Positions 37,245 to 49,306 of a DNA stretch of 49,562 nucleotides are shown here, piece by piece. Source of the stretch: Deinococcota bacterium (GTDB taxonomy: Bacteria; Deinococcota; Deinococci; Deinococcales; Thermaceae); contig JBGFRI010000022.1 of the NCBI GenBank assembly GCA_041695225.1, positions 1 through 49,562 of the forward strand, in the 5' to 3' direction. Both the position numbers and the translations under genes were made by a program. Each line of letters opens with the position of its first letter. Within the stretch, counting starts at the first letter, position 1. The notes beneath the pieces are model-generated. The model was not told the DNA's origin and ran no database searches. It saw only the letters and a list, made by a program, of their open reading frames with translations.

Positions 37245-38219
37245 GTGGGGATTTTAGATAACCTTGTTGGGGCTTTTCTCAAACTGACCGATCCCACCCC
37301 CGAGTTTACCGGACAGCGTTGCTTGTTAGAGCGTAACAGCGTTGGGGGATGTGATAAGTGCCAGCAGGTCTGCCCGCACCAGGCCATTGACCTGCAAAAC
37401 TTTAGAGTGGCCATTGACGAGGTCAAGTGCACCGGGTGTGGCCTTTGTACTGCGGTCTGTCCCGGAGTTGCGCTGGAGTTCCCACTAGGGGCGATTCAGG
37501 AAAAACTTCATCGCGGACAGGGCCAAATTCGCTGCTCCAAGGCCTCGGGTGCTGGCGATGAAATTCGCTGCCTGGGCCAACTAACCCCTGGAACACTGGC
37601 CGAGGCCGGTGCGCGCTTTGGCCCCCTAACCCTGGCGCATGGCGAGTGTGCTACCTGCAAGATAGGCGGTTCTGTGGTTTTAGAGCGGGTGCAGTGGGCG
37701 GTGGAAGAGGGAAAGAAATATTACCCCAGCTTGCAGGTGCATTTACAGCAAGACGCCTTGCGGGGGGCCGAGGTGGGCCGCCGGGAGTTCTTTGGGGCCA
37801 TGTTTGGCGGGGCCAAGCGGTCGGCGGCAGAACTGGTGCCTAACCTGCCTTTAGAGCAAACCGAAACCTATGAAGACAAGCGTTCCGATCGCCCGGCAGA
37901 GCTGCGTCTGCGGAGGCTAGCGGCCTACCGTGCCGAGGCGGTTCACTGGCCCCGCATCGCGGTGGCCGAGGGATGTACCCTCTGTCCGGTTTGTACAAAT
38001 GTTTGCCCCACCAAAGCCATAGAACGTGAACGGGTAGGTGCCCTTGGCCAGGGAGGAGAGTACGTTCTGACCCTGGATGTGTCGGCATGTACAGGGTGCG
38101 GGGCATGTGTAGCAAGCTGCCCGCCCCAGGTGATCTCACTGCTGGAGGCCAGTCGGGGCGAGGTACTGGGCGAGCCCCTGGAACTCTACCGGGGTACGCC
38201 ACCCTGGTACGACCTTTAA
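37245..38219 (+). CDS. Multi-[4Fe-4S] ferredoxin-like protein
   Basis: CDKCQQVCP, CTGCGLCTAVCP, CTLCPVCTNVCP, CTGCGACVASCP; TACCCT 7 nt before GTG. Confidence 0.88.
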   Translation: MGILDNLVGAFLKLTDPTPEFTGQRCLLERNSVGGCDKCQQVCPHQAIDLQNFRVAIDEVKCTGCGLCTAVCPGVALEFPLGAIQEKLHRGQGQIRCSKASGAGDEIRCLGQLTPGTLAEAGARFGPLTLAHGECATCKIGGSVVLERVQWAVEEGKKYYPSLQVHLQQDALRGAEVGRREFFGAMFGGAKRSAAELVPNLPLEQTETYEDKRSDRPAELRLRRLAAYRAEAVHWPRIAVAEGCTLCPVCTNVCPTKAIERERVGALGQGGEYVLTLDVSACTGCGACVASCPPQVISLLEASRGEVLGEPLELYRGTPPWYDL

Positions 38220-38257
38220 CTTCCCATCCATAATAGTAGGCCGGTTACTGTAGCTAG

Positions 38258-38287
38258 TTGACACGGTATACCAAACACCCGTAGACT
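38258..38287 (+). promoter_or_regulatory. ilv-leu operon promoter
   Basis: TTGACA-18-TAGACT. Confidence 0.75.
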
Positions 38288-38297
38288 CTTTCCCAAG

Positions 38298-38369
38298 ATG
38301 CCTGTGAATCTTAGCCTAAGCCTAGCCGTGGTAGGTCTAATTATTAGACCTGCGGGGGATTTGGTGTAG
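38298..38369 (+). CDS. ilv operon leader peptide MPVNLSLSLAVVGLIIRPAGDLV
   Basis: 23 codons with 5 Leu (3 CTA), 4 Val and 2 Ile, lying between the promoter and a terminator upstream of ilvB. Confidence 0.85.
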   Translation: MPVNLSLSLAVVGLIIRPAGDLV

Positions 38370-38395
38370 CTCAAGAGACCTGAAGCGCATCCTAA

Positions 38396-38426
38396 AGCCC
38401 CCCGAATATCGGGGGGTTAGCTTTTT
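38396..38426 (+). terminator. Attenuator terminator of the ilv leader
   Basis: CCCCCCGA-ATA-TCGGGGGG stem plus AGCTTTTT; GCGGGGGATTTGG in the leader can pair with the 5' arm as antiterminator. Confidence 0.85.
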
Positions 38427-38436
38427 AGGAGAGAGA

Positions 38437-40122
38437 ATGAACGGAGCAGCAGCCATCCTCAAAGCCCTGGAGATGCAGGGAGTAGATATCATTTTTGGGC
38501 ATCCGGGTGGGACCATCATGCCCACCTACGATGCCCTGTACGACTCGCCCATAAGGCATATCCTGGTGCGCCACGAACAGGGCGGTGTTCACGCGGCGAC
38601 TGCTTATGCCAGGGCCTCGGGCCGGGTGGGGGTCTGCATGGCTACCTCGGGGCCGGGGGCCTTAAACCTGGTGACCGGTTTGCAGGATGCCCTGATGGAC
38701 TCTACACCGGTAATTGCCCTGACCGGCAATGTACCTCAGCAACTGATCGGCACCGACGCCTTCCAGGAAGCCGATGTGGTTGGCATCACCCAGCCGGTCA
38801 CCAAGCACAATTTTCAGGTACGCAAGGTCAACGAGATTCCACGGGTTATTGCCCAGGCTTTCTATATCGCCTCGACCGGGCGGCCTGGCCCGGTGCTGAT
38901 TGATTTTCCCAAGGATGTGCAGCAGGCCGAGTTTAGCGGCAGCTTCGATGTAGAGGTGGATCTGCCGGGCTACAAGCCCACCTTCAGGGGCCACCCGCGC
39001 CAGATCGAGCGGGCTTTAGAAGCCCTACACAAGGCCGAAAGACCGGTCTTGATGATTGGGGGAGGGGCGCAGAATGCTGCCTTCGAGATCATCGCCTTCG
39101 CCGAAAAGTCGGGTATCCCGGTCATACCTACCCTGATGGGCCTGGGGGCTTTTCCCGGGACCCATCCCCAGTGCCTGGGGATGCCGGGTATGCACGGGTC
39201 GGTAGCGGCCAACCGGGCCATTCATCATGCCGATACCATTCTGGCAATTGGGATGCGCTTTGATGACCGGGTGACCGGCAAGGTTTCGAGATTCGCTCCC
39301 AACGCCCACACCATCATCCATGTGGACATTGACCCCGCGGAGATTGGCAAGCTGGTCAAGACCGCTATTCCGGTGGTGGGCGATGCCAGGTGGGTGTCCG
39401 CCGAGCTGGTCAAAGGGGTCAGGAAACTGAGTATTGCCCGGTGGTGGGGGCAACTGGAAGAGTGGAAGACCAGGCACCCCTTTGCCTGGAAACCCAAACC
39501 CCACCTGCAAAGCCAGGAGGTGATTCAGGCTTTCTGGGAGGCCACCCAGGGCAGGGCCGTGGTGGCTGCGGGGGTGGGGCAGCACCAGATGTTTGCGGCT
39601 CAGTTCTATAAGTTTGACCGGCCCCGCAGCTGGATCAACTCTGGGGGCCTGGGGACTATGGGGGTGGGCCTGCCCTTTGCCATCGGGGCTGCCCTGGCCC
39701 GGCCAGACGAGCTGGTAATTGATTTTGACGGAGATGGTAGCTTCCAGATGACCCTACAGGAACTGGCCACCCTCAAGAAGCACAATCTGAACGTGAAGAT
39801 CGTCATTCTCAACAATGGCTTTTTGGGCATGGTGCGCCAGTGGCAAGACCTGTTCCATGCCAAGCGCTACAGCGAGGTGTATCTGGCCGACTCCAACCCC
39901 GATTTTGCCAAGCTAGCCGAGGCCTACGGCATCAGAGGTTTTACCTTGACCGACAAGGCCAGACTACAGGAGACGGTAAGGGAGGTGCTGGCCCACCCTG
40001 GCCCGGCTTTGCTCGAGGCCCGGGTCTACCACGAAGAAGGGGTCTTCCCCATGATTCCCTCCGGCGGGGCGGCAGAAGACATGATTATCGAGAACCCGCG
40101 GGAGACGGTGGCAGGAGACTAA
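38437..40122 (+). CDS. ilvB: Acetolactate synthase large subunit
   Basis: RHEQG, TSGPGA, GTDAFQE, GMHG, RFDDRVTG, GDGSFQM..NN TPP motif. Confidence 0.97.
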   Translation: MNGAAAILKALEMQGVDIIFGHPGGTIMPTYDALYDSPIRHILVRHEQGGVHAATAYARASGRVGVCMATSGPGALNLVTGLQDALMDSTPVIALTGNVPQQLIGTDAFQEADVVGITQPVTKHNFQVRKVNEIPRVIAQAFYIASTGRPGPVLIDFPKDVQQAEFSGSFDVEVDLPGYKPTFRGHPRQIERALEALHKAERPVLMIGGGAQNAAFEIIAFAEKSGIPVIPTLMGLGAFPGTHPQCLGMPGMHGSVAANRAIHHADTILAIGMRFDDRVTGKVSRFAPNAHTIIHVDIDPAEIGKLVKTAIPVVGDARWVSAELVKGVRKLSIARWWGQLEEWKTRHPFAWKPKPHLQSQEVIQAFWEATQGRAVVAAGVGQHQMFAAQFYKFDRPRSWINSGGLGTMGVGLPFAIGAALARPDELVIDFDGDGSFQMTLQELATLKKHNLNVKIVILNNGFLGMVRQWQDLFHAKRYSEVYLADSNPDFAKLAEAYGIRGFTLTDKARLQETVREVLAHPGPALLEARVYHEEGVFPMIPSGGAAEDMIIENPRETVAGD

Positions 40123-40125
40123 TGC

Positions 40126-40206
40126 CTATGGTCTATTGTCGATGGCCGATAGTCCTGTTCAACTTGCCTGATCTGACCATAGACCATTGACCATCGGCCA
40201 TAGACC
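40126..40206. repeat. Inverted heptamer-repeat hairpin (CTATGGT/CGATGGC)n...(GACCATA)n
   Basis: Four plus four units between ilvB and ilvN. Confidence 0.85.
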
Positions 40207-40223
40207 CAACCGGAGGTTTCATA

Positions 40224-41880
<1,657 letters not shown>

Positions 41881-41897
41881 ACACAACCGGAGGTTGT

Positions 41898-43457
41898 ATG
41901 AGACATATCCGAATCTTCGATACCACCCTGCGCGACGGGGAGCAAAGCCCTGGGGTAGCCCTTTCGCTGCAACAAAAACTGGAAATTGCCCATGGCCTGG
42001 CCCGGCTCAACGTAGACATTGTCGAGGCCGGGTTTCCGGTCAATGGGGCCAGCGAGTTTGAATGCGTACAGAAAATTGCCATCGAGGTGAGGGGGCCGGT
42101 AATCTGTGGGCTGGCCCGCACCCACAAGCTGGACATCGAGCGTGCGGCGGCAGCCCTGGAAAAAGCCCAGAAAAGCCGTATTCATGTTTTTACCAGCGCC
42201 TCCCGGGTGCACCTGGAGTACATGCTCAAGAAAACCCCCCAGCAGATCCTCGAGGTCTCCGAGGAGATGGTGCGCTATGCGCGGCAGTTCACCGATGATG
42301 TGGAGTTTAGCGCCCAGGACGTAATGCGGGCCGACCTCGAGTTCGTCTTGAAGCTCTACGAGACCGCTATCAGGGCCGGGGCCACCACCATTAACCTCCC
42401 CGACACCACCGGTTATGGCACTCCTCAGGAGTACGGCGCCCTGATTGGTCGGGTATTCAAAGAGGTGGTGCGCGGACGCGCGGTGCACATCTCGGCCCAC
42501 TGCCACGACGACCTGGGTATGGCTACCGCCAACAGCCTTGCTGCGGTGGAAAACGGGGCCACCCAGATCGAGTGTACCATCAACGGCATCGGCGAGCGGG
42601 CCGGCAACACTGCTTTAGAAGAGGTGGTAATGGCGCTCTACGTGCGTCGCGACTATTACCAGGCCCAGACCCAGATCAACACCCGCGAGCTCTACCGCAT
42701 GAGTCGGATGGTTGAGCGCTACAGCGGGATGGTGGTGCAGTCTAACAAGGCTATCGTGGGAGACAATGCTTTTGCCCACGAGTCGGGCATCCACCAGGAC
42801 GGAGTAATCAAAAACAAAGAGACCTACGAGATTATGAACGCCGAGCTGGTGGGCCGGCAGGCGGCAGTGCTGGTGCTGGGCAAACACTCTGGCCGGGCAG
42901 CGGTCAAAAAGGCCCTGGCCGACCTGGGCTACAAGCTCGACGACTCGCAGATCGGTACGGTCTTTGCCCGCTTCCGCGAGATTGTCGAGCGCAAGGGCCC
43001 CATCGAGACCGAGGAGCTACGGGCCTTGGTGGAGAGCGAGGCCGTATCGGCGCCCCACCTGTTCAAGCTGGAAAAACTCCAGTTCTTCTCCGGCTATGGC
43101 ATGCTGCCCACTGCCACCATCGCCCTCGAGACCCCCAGAGGAGTAGTGACCACCACCGCCATTGGCGACGGGCCGGTAGACGCGGTCTACAAAGCCCTCT
43201 CCGAGGCCATTGGCTTCAGGCCGGAACTCGAGCTCTACCGGGTGGAGTCGGTAACCGGCAGCACCGAGGCGCTGGGCGAGGTGATGGTCAAGCTCAAGCT
43301 GGGCGAGGTTCTGGCCACCGGCCACGGGGTCTCGCCCGACATCATCGAAGCCTCGGCGCGGGCCTATCTGGACGCGGTCAACAAGCTGGCTGCGGGCCAG
43401 GCCGCGCGGCACCCGCGCTCGCTGGAAGAGGTGCAGCGTCTGGGGCTGGGAAAGTAG
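41898..43457 (+). CDS. leuA: 2-isopropylmalate synthase
   Basis: FDTTLRDGEQ, EAGFP, HCHDDLG, GERAGN, HESGIHQDG, regulatory GDGPVDA. Confidence 0.96.
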   Translation: MRHIRIFDTTLRDGEQSPGVALSLQQKLEIAHGLARLNVDIVEAGFPVNGASEFECVQKIAIEVRGPVICGLARTHKLDIERAAAALEKAQKSRIHVFTSASRVHLEYMLKKTPQQILEVSEEMVRYARQFTDDVEFSAQDVMRADLEFVLKLYETAIRAGATTINLPDTTGYGTPQEYGALIGRVFKEVVRGRAVHISAHCHDDLGMATANSLAAVENGATQIECTINGIGERAGNTALEEVVMALYVRRDYYQAQTQINTRELYRMSRMVERYSGMVVQSNKAIVGDNAFAHESGIHQDGVIKNKETYEIMNAELVGRQAAVLVLGKHSGRAAVKKALADLGYKLDDSQIGTVFARFREIVERKGPIETEELRALVESEAVSAPHLFKLEKLQFFSGYGMLPTATIALETPRGVVTTTAIGDGPVDAVYKALSEAIGFRPELELYRVESVTGSTEALGEVMVKLKLGEVLATGHGVSPDIIEASARAYLDAVNKLAAGQAARHPRSLEEVQRLGLGK

Positions 43458-43486
43458 TCAGAGCAGGGGGCTAAGGAGCGCGCGGT

Positions 43487-43696
43487 ATGGTCACCCTGGA
43501 CGAAATCCGTCTTACCGTCCAGCGCATGGAGGACCGGCTGGACCAGGCGGAAGACCCAAGCATTAGAGCCTTGATGGCTGCCTACCGGCAGCTTCTGCCG
43601 CGTTTTGAGGCCGACCTCGAGGCCGAGCGCGACCAGCTGCTCTCGCGGGGCGGGGCGCTGATGCTGGTGCAGCAGGTATGGCGGGAGCAAGGGTGA
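43487..43696 (+). CDS. Hypothetical helical protein (69 aa)
   Basis: AAGGAG RBS; GTGA overlap with the following GNAT. Confidence 0.7.
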   Translation: MVTLDEIRLTVQRMEDRLDQAEDPSIRALMAAYRQLLPRFEADLEAERDQLLSRGGALMLVQQVWREQG

Positions 43697-44211
43697 TTCG
43701 CCTGGCCACTGCCGCAGACGCCACGGGCGTGGCCCGGGTCCACGTAGACTCGTGGCGCGAGACCTACCGGGGCATCGTCCCCGACGAGTACCTGGAGGGT
43801 CTTACTTACGAACGGCGCGAGCAGATGTGGCGAAGCGGTATCGAGAACCCCGGCTGGAAAGGGGTGTTGTTCGTGGCGGAAGACCCAGGTCAAAGGGTGG
43901 TCGGCTTTGTGGCGGGCGGCTCGCCACAGGAGCCAGCAGAGGGGTTTGACTGTGAGTTGTGGGCCATCTACCTGCTCCGGGCCCATCAGGGCCAGGGGGT
44001 CGGGCGTCAGCTCTTTCGGCGCTTTGTGCAAGAGATGGTCCAGAGGGGCTATGGCTCGATGTTTTTATGGGTGCTGGCCGAAAACCCAACGGTGGGCTTT
44101 TACCAGCGCATGGGCGGGGTGAAGGTGGGGGAGAAGGAGATCGAGGTGGGCGGGAAGAAGCTCGTGGAGTGGGCGTACGGGTGGCGGGCCCTGGGGGTAA
44201 ATAAATGGTAG
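43693..44211 (+). CDS. GNAT family N-acetyltransferase
   Basis: VHVDSWRETYRG, AIYLLRAHQGQGVG, LWVLAEN...FY..MGG. Confidence 0.9.
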   Translation: MIRLATAADATGVARVHVDSWRETYRGIVPDEYLEGLTYERREQMWRSGIENPGWKGVLFVAEDPGQRVVGFVAGGSPQEPAEGFDCELWAIYLLRAHQGQGVGRQLFRRFVQEMVQRGYGSMFLWVLAENPTVGFYQRMGGVKVGEKEIEVGGKKLVEWAYGWRALGVNKW

Positions 44212-44220
44212 AATTGGGTC

Positions 44221-44421
44221 ATGCAGCGGCGAATTGCGGCGGTTGTACGCAAGGGCAGGATGGGCGAAGAACCGTCCGACGTGAGCTACTGGAGAACGCG
44301 GCCCGTAGAGGAGCGCCTGGCTGCGCTCTACGAGTTGCGTAGGGATTACCATGGGTGGCCCGATGGTACTGGAGAAAGACTTCAGAGAGTTTTTACAGTT
44401 GTTAGGCAAGCATGGGGTTAG
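44221..44421 (+). CDS. Small hypothetical protein (candidate antitoxin partner)
   Basis: TAGAAT 6 nt before ATG; D..YW....EERL.A..ELR pattern; overlaps the downstream nucleotidyltransferase. Confidence 0.7.
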   Translation: MQRRIAAVVRKGRMGEEPSDVSYWRTRPVEERLAALYELRRDYHGWPDGTGERLQRVFTVVRQAWG

Positions 44422-44809
44422 GTATTTGCTGGTGGGGGGCTATGCGGTAGTCGCGCATGGATACCCCCGTTACACCAAAGATTTGGACATCTGGATTGAC
44501 CCTACGGCTGATAATGCCAGAAGCTTGATAGCTGCCTTAGAAGAGTTTGGCATGGCCTCGCTGGGTCTTAGCGAGGGGGATTTTTTGCAACCGGGAACCT
44601 TCGTTCAGATCGGCTATTCACCTGTACGCATTGACCTTTTGACCTCAGCGCCTGGCCTGACTTTTGCCGAAGCGTTTGAGGCTAAAGAAGATCGCCTTAT
44701 AGATGGAGTGCAGGTTTGTCTAATCGGCCTGCCTGATTTACTCAAGAACAAGCAAGCTGCGGGCCGCACCCAAGACCTCCTTGACTATGAAAAATTGAGT
44801 GAAACATGA
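44363..44809 (+). CDS. Minimal nucleotidyltransferase-fold protein (GG.A...HG..R.T.D.D)
   Basis: YLLVGGYAVVAHGYPRYTKDLDIW, RIDL, K.AAGR.QD..D; visibly AT-richer codons. Confidence 0.8.
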   Translation: MVLEKDFREFLQLLGKHGVRYLLVGGYAVVAHGYPRYTKDLDIWIDPTADNARSLIAALEEFGMASLGLSEGDFLQPGTFVQIGYSPVRIDLLTSAPGLTFAEAFEAKEDRLIDGVQVCLIGLPDLLKNKQAAGRTQDLLDYEKLSET

Positions 44810-46392
44810 TCGAGATCCTCGATACCACCCTGCGCGACGGCACCCAGGGCCAGGCGGTAAACCTATCCTCAGACGACAAAATCGCCATTGCGAAGCGTCT
44901 GGCTACTTTCGGGATACCCCTGATCGAGGGCGGCTGGCCCGGCTCCAACCCCAAAGACGCCGAGTTCTTCGCCCGCATGAAGGGTGTGAACCTGGGCGCG
45001 ACCCAGCTCTGCGCCTTTGGTTCTACCCGGCGCAAGGGCGTGAAGCCCGAGGACGACCCCTCGGTGCAGGCCCTGCTAATGGCTGCTACCAAGGTGGTGA
45101 CGGTGGTGGCCAAGTCGTGGGACTTTCATGTGACACACGCGCTCGAGGTCAGCCTGGAAGAAAACCTCGGCATGATTGAGGAGACCTACCGCTACCTGGT
45201 GGACCAGGACAGGCGGGTGATCCACGACGCCGAGCACTTTTTTGACGGCTACAGGGCCAACCGGGCCTACGCCTTAAAGACGCTGGAAGCGGCGGTGCGC
45301 GGCGGGGCCGATACTCTGTGCCTGTGCGATACCAACGGGGGTAGCCTGCCGGAAGAGGTCTACACGATTACCAGGGCTGTCCGGGAGAGCTTTCCAAACA
45401 TCACCATCGGCATCCACCCCCATAACGACGGCGACCTGGCAGTAGCAAACGCGCTGGCGGCAGTGCGGGCGGGCGCCGGTCATGTGCAGGGTACCATCAA
45501 CGGCTACGGAGAGCGCTGCGGCAACCTGAACCTGACCAGCGCCATCCCCAACCTTATGCTCAAGTACCGCCTGGCACTGAAGGGCCTGGGCCCGGAAAAG
45601 CTAGCCCAGTTGCGCGAGGTCTCGCACTTTGTAGATGAACGGGCCAACCTGGCCCCCAACCTGCGCGCACCCTATGTGGGCGACGCGGCCTTTGCCCACA
45701 AGGGCGGAATTCACGTCTCGGCAGTGCTCAAAGACCCCCGCACCTACGAGCACGTACCTCCCGAGACGGTGGGAAATACCCGCAGAGTTCTGGTCTCCGA
45801 CTTATCGGGCCGCTCTAATCTGCTGGCCAAGCTTGCGGAGTCGGGTTTGAAGGTGCCTAAAGAGACTGCCGGGGCCTTGCTAGACGAAGTGAAGCAGCTC
45901 GAGCACGCCGGCTACGCCTTCGAAGGGGCCGAGGCCAGCTTCTACCTGCTGGCCCATCGGCTGCGTGGTGGGCAGATGCCCTTTGCGGTGGAGGGCTTTA
46001 CGGTATTTGTTCATGTGAGCGACTCCGACCCCGAGACCCCCACCTGGGCCGAGGCCACCATACGGGTTAGGGTTGGCGAATCGCTGCAACACACCGCCGC
46101 CGAGAGCCAGCACGGGCCGGTCTCGGCGCTGGACAGGGCTTTCCGCAAGGCCATCGAACCCTTCTACCCCGAAATTGCCCGGATCGAGCTTTCCGACTAC
46201 AAAGTTCGCATCCTCTCGGGGCAGGAGGCCGGGACTGCCTCTGGGGTGCGGGTCATGATCGAGATGCACTGTGGGGACCAGCGCTGGAGCACCGTAGGGG
46301 CCAGCAAGAATAACCTCGAGGCCTCGCTCAAAGCCCTAACCGATGGCTACGCCTACGCCCTGGTCAAAAGCCAGCCCATACCTAAAGAATAG
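44806..46392 (+). CDS. cimA: Citramalate synthase
   Basis: DTTLRDGTQG, EGGWPGSNPKD, AFGSTRR, DAEHFFDG, AHKGGIH, DYKVRIL. Confidence 0.92.
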   Translation: MIEILDTTLRDGTQGQAVNLSSDDKIAIAKRLATFGIPLIEGGWPGSNPKDAEFFARMKGVNLGATQLCAFGSTRRKGVKPEDDPSVQALLMAATKVVTVVAKSWDFHVTHALEVSLEENLGMIEETYRYLVDQDRRVIHDAEHFFDGYRANRAYALKTLEAAVRGGADTLCLCDTNGGSLPEEVYTITRAVRESFPNITIGIHPHNDGDLAVANALAAVRAGAGHVQGTINGYGERCGNLNLTSAIPNLMLKYRLALKGLGPEKLAQLREVSHFVDERANLAPNLRAPYVGDAAFAHKGGIHVSAVLKDPRTYEHVPPETVGNTRRVLVSDLSGRSNLLAKLAESGLKVPKETAGALLDEVKQLEHAGYAFEGAEASFYLLAHRLRGGQMPFAVEGFTVFVHVSDSDPETPTWAEATIRVRVGESLQHTAAESQHGPVSALDRAFRKAIEPFYPEIARIELSDYKVRILSGQEAGTASGVRVMIEMHCGDQRWSTVGASKNNLEASLKALTDGYAYALVKSQPIPKE

Positions 46393-46409
46393 CCTTGTTT
46401 TATCACGAG

Positions 46410-46425
46410 CCGGGAATAGGGGGGA

Positions 46426-46435
<10 letters not shown>
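46410..46435. terminator. Hairpin between convergent cimA and methyltransferase genes
   Basis: CCGGGAATAG/CTATTCCCGG 10-bp stem overlapping the minus-strand stop. Confidence 0.55.
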
Positions 46436-46940
<505 letters not shown>

Positions 46941-46947
<7 letters not shown>

Positions 46948-48002
46948 TGCAAAAGCGCTCCCTCGGCAGCAAAGCCTGGCCCCAGCGCTAGCAATACCCC
47001 AGTGCTACCGGGCTCGGGCCTTTCGAGCTGGTACATCTGGCGGGCCAGCACAAAAAACACCGTAGGGCTGGACATATTCCCGAACTGCCGTAGCACGCAG
47101 TAGGAGGCCTCGAGGCTCTTTTCATCCACACCGATTCCTTTCCGGTATGCAGCCAGCACCTTGGCCCCGCCGGGGTGCAGTGTCCAGGTCCGTACGTCTG
47201 AAGTGCAAAGGCCATAGCCGGCCAGTTCGCCTTGGATCAGGCTGCCCAGCTCGCCTTCTACTATCGCCGGAATACTCTGGGCAAAGCGCACTTGCAGGCC
47301 ATCTGGCGCCAGATCCCATCCCATAACCTGGTGGCTGTCCGGCAAAAGCCGGCTAAAACCACCCCGCACCAAGGGGCCAGCGGCAGGGTTAGCTCTGTCT
47401 GGCATCCCCACGACTACTGCTGCTGCGCCATCGGCAAAAAGGCTGGTAGCCACCAGGTTGCTCTTGCTCAGATCGCCGGACACAAAAGTCAGGCTGCACA
47501 GCTCGACACAGACCAGCAGCACGTACTGCCGGGGGCGGCTCTGGGCGATCTCGGCAGCCCTGGCCAGCCCGGCCGGGCCACCCGCACAGCCCAGGCCCCA
47601 GATGGGCAGGCGAACTGCCCCCAGAGGAGTGCCCAGGCGCTGGAGCAGGTAGGCCTCGAGGCCAGGGGTGGCGATCCCGGTGGTGGTGACCAGCACCAGA
47701 GCCCCGATCTGTTCTGGCTCTACCCCGGCCAGGGTCAGAGCCTTACGGCAGGCCGTTTCGCTAAGCTGAAGGGCTGTCTCGAACCATAACTGGTTCTTAT
47801 CAGCGAAACTTCTGGGCTGGGTAAACCACTGAGGGGGAGCGGAGATATAGCGCGATTCAATGCCGGTGTTTTCGAAGATGGTAAGCAGTCGCTCCAGGCC
47901 ACTGAGCCGGTCAAACATAACCCGCACTAGCTCACGCACTTCTGGCTGACTAATCCTGTGGGGTGGGTTGGAGGTGGCGACGCCGAGAATTCTGGGGTGC
48001 AT
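46941..48002 (-). CDS. Type III polyketide synthase (BpsA/SrsA-like)
   Basis: Catalytic triad GLGCAGG, HPGG, GNMSS; LFADGAAA; ALGPGF. Confidence 0.93.
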
Positions 48003-48010
48003 AGCCAACC

Positions 48011-48796
48011 TCAGACATCGCTTTCCGGGGTTGTGCAGGAGTCGCGGAAAACAAACTGCGAGATACGCTTGCGATGGTCGGACTTCCAGTCAATGCGGGG
48101 CCGAGGTTTTTCTGGCGGCAGATAGCCCAGCCGGTAAATAGCCATTAGCTCCAGATGCTCGGGAACTTCCAGCAGACGCTTTAGCTCTTCCCAGGCCTGA
48201 GGGATTTCCATGGGGGTGGAAACAAACTGAATGCCCATGCCCAGCTCTACCGTGGTTAGCCAGATGTTCTCAATGGCCATGCCCAGCCCCAGAAGGCTGT
48301 AAAAGCCAGATAGCTGCCCTGGGCGGTACTCGTGTTTGTCGAGCAGCGCAGCCAGCAGCAGCGGCGAGCTGGCTACCAGCCTGCGGTTGTCTTCGCCCAG
48401 GGTTTGCGGAACCCGCAGGGTTCGCAGCAGGCCCAGGGCCGAGGGGCTCATGATCTGGCGGGTAAAAGGGCGTAGCGGGCCAGGCAGCTGATCAATCAGA
48501 ATGCCGTCCCGCCGTTCGTTCATTTCCCTTTCGCTAAAGCGAAAGTAGGGGCGGTAACGCTCAAAAAACTTACCTTCGGCCATGAGTTGCTGCATAGTCT
48601 GCCCGGCGATGGTGGCAATTTTTTCCCGTTTGGCCGGGTCTTCAATCAAAACGAAGCGCCAGGGCTGGGAGTTAAAGTGGCTCGGGGCGCGGCTGGCGGT
48701 CTCCATCAGCAAATGCTGGTGTTCTTTGGATACCGGTCGGTCCAGAAAGGGGCCATTGGCAGTTTTGCGCTTTCGGATGACCTCCAGGAACTCCAT
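48011..48796 (-). CDS. Nitroreductase family protein
   Basis: [24 protein letters not shown]...ELGMG. Confidence 0.88.
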   Translation of the reverse strand: MEFLEVIRKRKTANGPFLDRPVSKEHQHLLMETASRAPSHFNSQPWRFVLIEDPAKREKIATIAGQTMQQLMAEGKFFERYRPYFRFSEREMNERRDGILIDQLPGPLRPFTRQIMSPSALGLLRTLRVPQTLGEDNRRLVASSPLLLAALLDKHEYRPGQLSGFYSLLGLGMAIENIWLTTVELGMGIQFVSTPMEIPQAWEELKRLLEVPEHLELMAIYRLGYLPPEKPRPRIDWKSDHRKRISQFVFRDSCTTPESDV

Positions 48797-48797
48797 C

Positions 48798-49079
48798 TCA
48801 CCCCCCTATCGCCAACAAGTATCCCACCAAACCTGCCACGCCCAGTGTGGGGTGGAGCCAGGTGTGGGGCCGGGCTTTGGGGAACAAGGCCAGGCATGCA
48901 ATGGTGAGCAGCAGCCACCACTCCCTCGTGACCGCCAGGGCCGCCAGCGTACTGGCAAAAACCGCAAAATAGAGCCAGTGGTGCCAGATGCCAAAGTGTC
49001 TGAGCCGGAACTGCGCAGCCAGGCCGACTACAAAATTGAGCAGGTAAAGGCCAAAACCCAGGGCGATAAAAAACGACAT
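48798..49079 (-). CDS. Small membrane protein
   Basis: Hydrophobic helices with WHH.LYF and HP motifs; TATGCT 7 nt before ATG 49079; 1 nt gap to the next gene. Confidence 0.7.
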   Translation of the reverse strand: MSFFIALGFGLYLLNFVVGLAAQFRLRHFGIWHHWLYFAVFASTLAALAVTREWWLLLTIACLALFPKARPHTWLHPTLGVAGLVGYLLAIGG

Positions 49080-49160
49080 TGCCCATAGCATAGCGGTCAG
49101 CTAACCGCCTGATGGTTGGGTAACTGAACTATTTATTGACGTTGCTTGCCCAAAGAAAAT

Positions 49161-49306
49161 GTCGCAGGTCTCAGGTCTCAGGTCGCAGGTCTAGAGTCGA
49201 AGGTCTAAGGCCCCAGGTCGCGGGTCAAGGGTCGCGGGTCGCGGGTCAGAAGTAAGTCCAGGGTCAAGGGTCGAGGGTCAAAAGCTAGTCATGGGTCGAA
49301 GGTCGA
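49161..49306. repeat. Long mixed heptamer array (GTCGCAG, GTCTCAG, GTCGAAG, GGTCAAG, GGTCGCG units)
   Basis: Roughly 20 units; shares TAGCTTTTGACCCTCGACCCT (reverse complement) with 37163-37183. Confidence 0.85.
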
